A DNA stretch of 38,000 nucleotides, from the NCBI GenBank assembly GCA_032718475.1, contig JAUCBJ010004746.1:1-38000 (forward strand), in the 5' to 3' direction. Shown here piece after piece: positions 34,925 to 38,000 of the stretch (position 1 is the stretch's first letter; every line of letters begins with the position of its first letter). The notes beneath the pieces are model-generated. The model was given only the letters and a program-made list of their open reading frames with translations. It did no database searches and was not told where the DNA came from. Position numbers and translations under genes: made by a program. Source of the stretch: Nemertoderma westbladi (taxonomy: Eukaryota > Animalia > Xenacoelomorpha).

Positions 34925-35672
34925 ATGAGATCGCATGAAATTTGAAATATAGATAGTTTCACTTCCTCTTCCTCCTTGGGTGAGTCAGAATTTTTATTAT
35001 CCCTTGTAATCTTTAGTTATAAGTGTTTTATAAAGGGGTCGACTGTCGATATTGCACCAGTTACACAGTAGATATTCTCCAAGAAAGATAGCCGTGCAAG
35101 GATTCCAAATATTTGGATTTTGTTGGAAAATAGCTGAGATATGGCCATTTGAATGCTGCATGTATTTGCTTCCTCTGCAGGATTTAGCTGAGATATGGCC
35201 ATTTGAATGCTGCATGTATTTGCTTCCTCTGCAGGATTTAGCTGAGATATGGCCATTTGAATGCTGCATGTATTTGCTTCCTCTGCAGGCTATTTATTCT
35301 ATTTAATAAATTCATTCACCTTGTTCCAGTGTATGAATATCCACATACTATATAATTATAGGCATTGTATTGTTGCTCAGCTACTTATGAGATAAACATC
35401 ATGTTCCAGAATATATGGTGAAAACGTGAAACATTTGCATGCCCATATTTCAGCTATTTTTCAACGAAATTCAGATTGTGTTACATATTTGGAATCCTTG
35501 CACGGCCATTATAAGGTTTAAGAATAACAGCGGTGTAATTGGTGCAATATCGTCGGAGACATCTTTTTAAACGCTTGTAGCTAAATAATGAAAGTAAATT
35601 AAAAATTCTGGCTCACCCACTGAAGAGGAGGGAGGTGAAACTATCTATGTTTCAAATTTCATGTAATCTCAT
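34925..35672. mobile_element. Old MITE-like element with ~230-bp degenerate inverted repeats
   Basis: Left-arm motifs CATGAAATTTGAAA.ATAGATAGTTTCAC, GGGTGAG.CAGAATTTTTA, CGATATTGCACCA, GCCGTGCAAGGATTCCAAATAT and GAAAATAGCTGA.ATATGG all recur in reverse complement within 35440-35672. A related fragment lies near 13310-13385. Confidence 0.75.
35131..35289. repeat. 54-bp tandem triplication inside the inverted-repeat element
   Basis: TAGCTGAGATATGGCCATTTGAATGCTGCATGTATTTGCTTCCTCTGCAGG at 35131, 35185 and 35239. Confidence 0.95.
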
Positions 35673-35752
35673 AAAAGATTTGTATACAGATTTAAAATTT
35701 GGGGGGGGGGGGGGGGGGTTCCAAGTACCTGAATAACGTCACTAAATATTCC

Positions 35753-37620
35753 TACTACTAGGATCGGCATGCTGCATTGCAGCTGCATTTTTAATAATGC
35801 TGTGCCGGCTTGTCGACAAAATTGCGCCGCCGCCACAACTCCCTATCACCCATGACCTTTGCTAGATCATCCGCATCTTCAAGGCCAGTGTCCTTTAAGA
35901 TGCGTCTCAAGAAAGTCATGGGCTGTCCACCATGCTTATTCACTCCATGAGGCTGCCAAAGTACAAGATTATGCACTGGCTGGTCCTCACGGCGAAAGCA
36001 ATGTCCTGCAAAGCGGAGGCGATTTTGTTCTAGTGTCAAGCTTGGGGGAACCAATGAGACACAATGTTATATAGTGTCTGGTTGGAGATGTGTGCATTGT
36101 ACTTGACACAATGAACCCGGCGTAGCATTCTTGTGAATGTGCCATCCAGAGATTTGGTGTCCTCAGCAGTTAGAGCCCAGCATGGACTCCCGTAGAGGAG
36201 TACTGGAACTACTGCTGCTCTAAATAATCGGACCTTAAGTTTCCGATTAATTCTCGGTGACTTCCAAATCCTGGAAAGCCTATTCAAGGCTGCCCATGCC
36301 TTTCCCTTACGTATTCGAAGGTCCTCACCTGACTTCCGGATCCATGATCCCAGGTAACAGAAGTCGTCCACATGCTCAAGCATACCATCCTTTGAGCTTA
36401 TGCTCATCCGATCAGAGACTTGCTGAGGACTTTCAAAGTTAACTGTCAGAATTTTGGTCTTTCTGGAGTTAATAAAAAGACCAACACTAGAAGCAGCATG
36501 TTCTAATGAGCTGAGGAGCCGTTGGGCTCCCTCTAATGATTCTGAGAGTACTCCTAAGTCATCAGCAAAGTCTAGATCAGTTAGGTACTTGGCAGGATTT
36601 CCTCGACTTCTGGAGCCAGTAGGTGGAGTTATCATCACCCCATCATCATTATGATGATCTAAGGACATGCGTAGAACATAGTCAACCACAATAATGAACA
36701 AGAATGGTGCAAGTGTGTCTCCTTGGAGGACGCCCCATAACACTTCAAATGGTTCTGTGTCACCGTCAACAGTAGACACAAATGTTGTCGAACCATCGTA
36801 TACTGATCTGATTGCTGCAATAATTTCATCAGGAATTCCATATAATGAAAGTATGCTGAACATACGTGAGCGAGAGACTGAATCAAAGGCCTTGAAGAAG
36901 TCAACAAAGATAACAGCCAGATGCCTGTCTTTCTTTTTTGATAACTCTTCAATTATCCTTCTAAGTGCCAAAATGGGCTCCATGGTCCCACGACCTTTAC
37001 GGAACCCATTCTGATTTCCACGGAGCAGTCTCTCAATGGGATCCCTGATGCGATTTAATAGAATTCTATTGTATAGCTTTGCAGCAATCGAGATCAATGA
37101 GATTCCCCGAAAAGAACCATAAAGTGTCCCTTCTTGGGAACTGGCACCAACTTATTTGTTTTCATTTCTTGTGGGACTCTTGTTGTTCGGTACATCTCTA
37201 CTATGATGGGATAGATGAGCTTTAAACACTCAGGTATTTTAAAGACCTCAGGGGGAACACCATCTACTCCACTGGCACGATTGGTCTTAATGCTCTTTGC
37301 AGCAGCCTTCACTTCTGCAAAGGAGATATCGCCAATGGGAATATCTGGGAGTACAGACTCAGACACTTTTACTTCTATAAACTTATCAGGCAATACCCTG
37401 TCATTATTGAGGAGCTTTTCAAAGTGGGCCTTCCAACCATTGAGGCGATCGGCTGGTGATTCAGCCTTAACCTTGGTGGTTGGTTGGCTTTTCCGCCCAG
37501 TAAGCAAGTTGATCGATTTCTATGCCTGGGATGATTGCCTGCTGTCGTCAGCATCATTGATGGCATCAACCTGTTGGTTTATTAGCTCCTGTAGATTAAC
37601 AGAGTACTGCCTATAATGCG
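35753..37620 (-). mobile_element. 5'-truncated non-LTR retrotransposon (RTE-like LINE)
   Basis: RT coding region on the minus strand, a very short 3' UTR ending in (TAG)3, and the direct repeat AATATTCC at 35745-35752 and 37621-37628 as a candidate TSD. No endonuclease domain is retained. Confidence 0.88.
35791..37615 (-). pseudogene. Disrupted LINE reverse transcriptase ORF
   Basis: RT motifs ASGVDGVPPEVFK, VPVPKKG, FRGISLISIAAKLYNRILLNRI, QNGFRKGRGT, FVDFFKAFDSV, GVLQGDTLAPFLF, LDFADDL, FCYLGS, LLYGSPCWALT, RLRFAGH. In-frame TAG at 37522-37520 (likely former TGG in SQA-W-KSIN) and frameshifts near 37125 and 36055. Confidence 0.9.
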
Positions 37621-38000
37621 AATATTCCAGGACATATTATCCATATTATCAAACTCATTAAAGGAGGAAGTCATTCAACAATATCGGGTGTTCAGATCAT
37701 CACTCGAATCTAATATAAATCCAGAGGTTATCGGTAGTTACCAGATCAAAGGAATATTGGGATATGTGAATACCAGACTTACCAACCATGGCTTCCACCA
37801 CAAACTAGGCCAGACCTCCACACCCTTCCAGTATCGTTGTCCTGAATATATTATGCAGTTTTTGTCTGGCTGTTGTCTATATTTTATTAATTAAGTATGA
37901 ACTTTTTAATAATTAAATTAAATATTTTCTCCGCGTGGGGGGTGTTTATTGGTGCTTAAATATTGGTGCTACTTAGAGTGTTTGTGATTAATGGATATAA

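Noticed and set aside
37616-37894. 92-aa ORF next to the LINE 5' end
   Set aside because: No recognisable domain on either strand, and its ATG lies at the LINE junction.

Overview
AT-rich animal (metazoan) genomic DNA with strikingly intron-poor genes separated by repeat-rich spacers; the species cannot be determined from the sequence. Five host genes are supported. (1) A two-exon, ~1457-aa kinase-less Roco GTPase with an unusual WD40 / death-domain-like / Roc-COR / Cys-rich / 3x CARD architecture, join(112..952,1550..5082); the ORF track splits it in two. (2) An intronless RING1/RNF2 (PRC1 E3 ligase) on the minus strand. (3) NEK1 in two coding exons, join(15853..16915,19450..22295). (4, 5) SMIM8 and an intronless SCFD1/Sly1, head-to-tail and only 52 bp apart. 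Non-coding DNA holds two foldback/Mutator-like MITEs with 9-bp target-site duplications (TSDs), several other hairpin elements, four large tandem arrays (28/54-, 77-, 20- and 45-bp units) and a 5'-truncated, disabled RTE-like LINE with a candidate 8-bp TSD. The best candidate for an undescribed system is the WD40-Roc-COR-triple-CARD protein, which looks like a GTPase-driven, reverse-order analogue of Apaf-1/NLR sensors. No tRNA, rRNA or CRISPR was recognised. All coordinates and alignments were read by eye.
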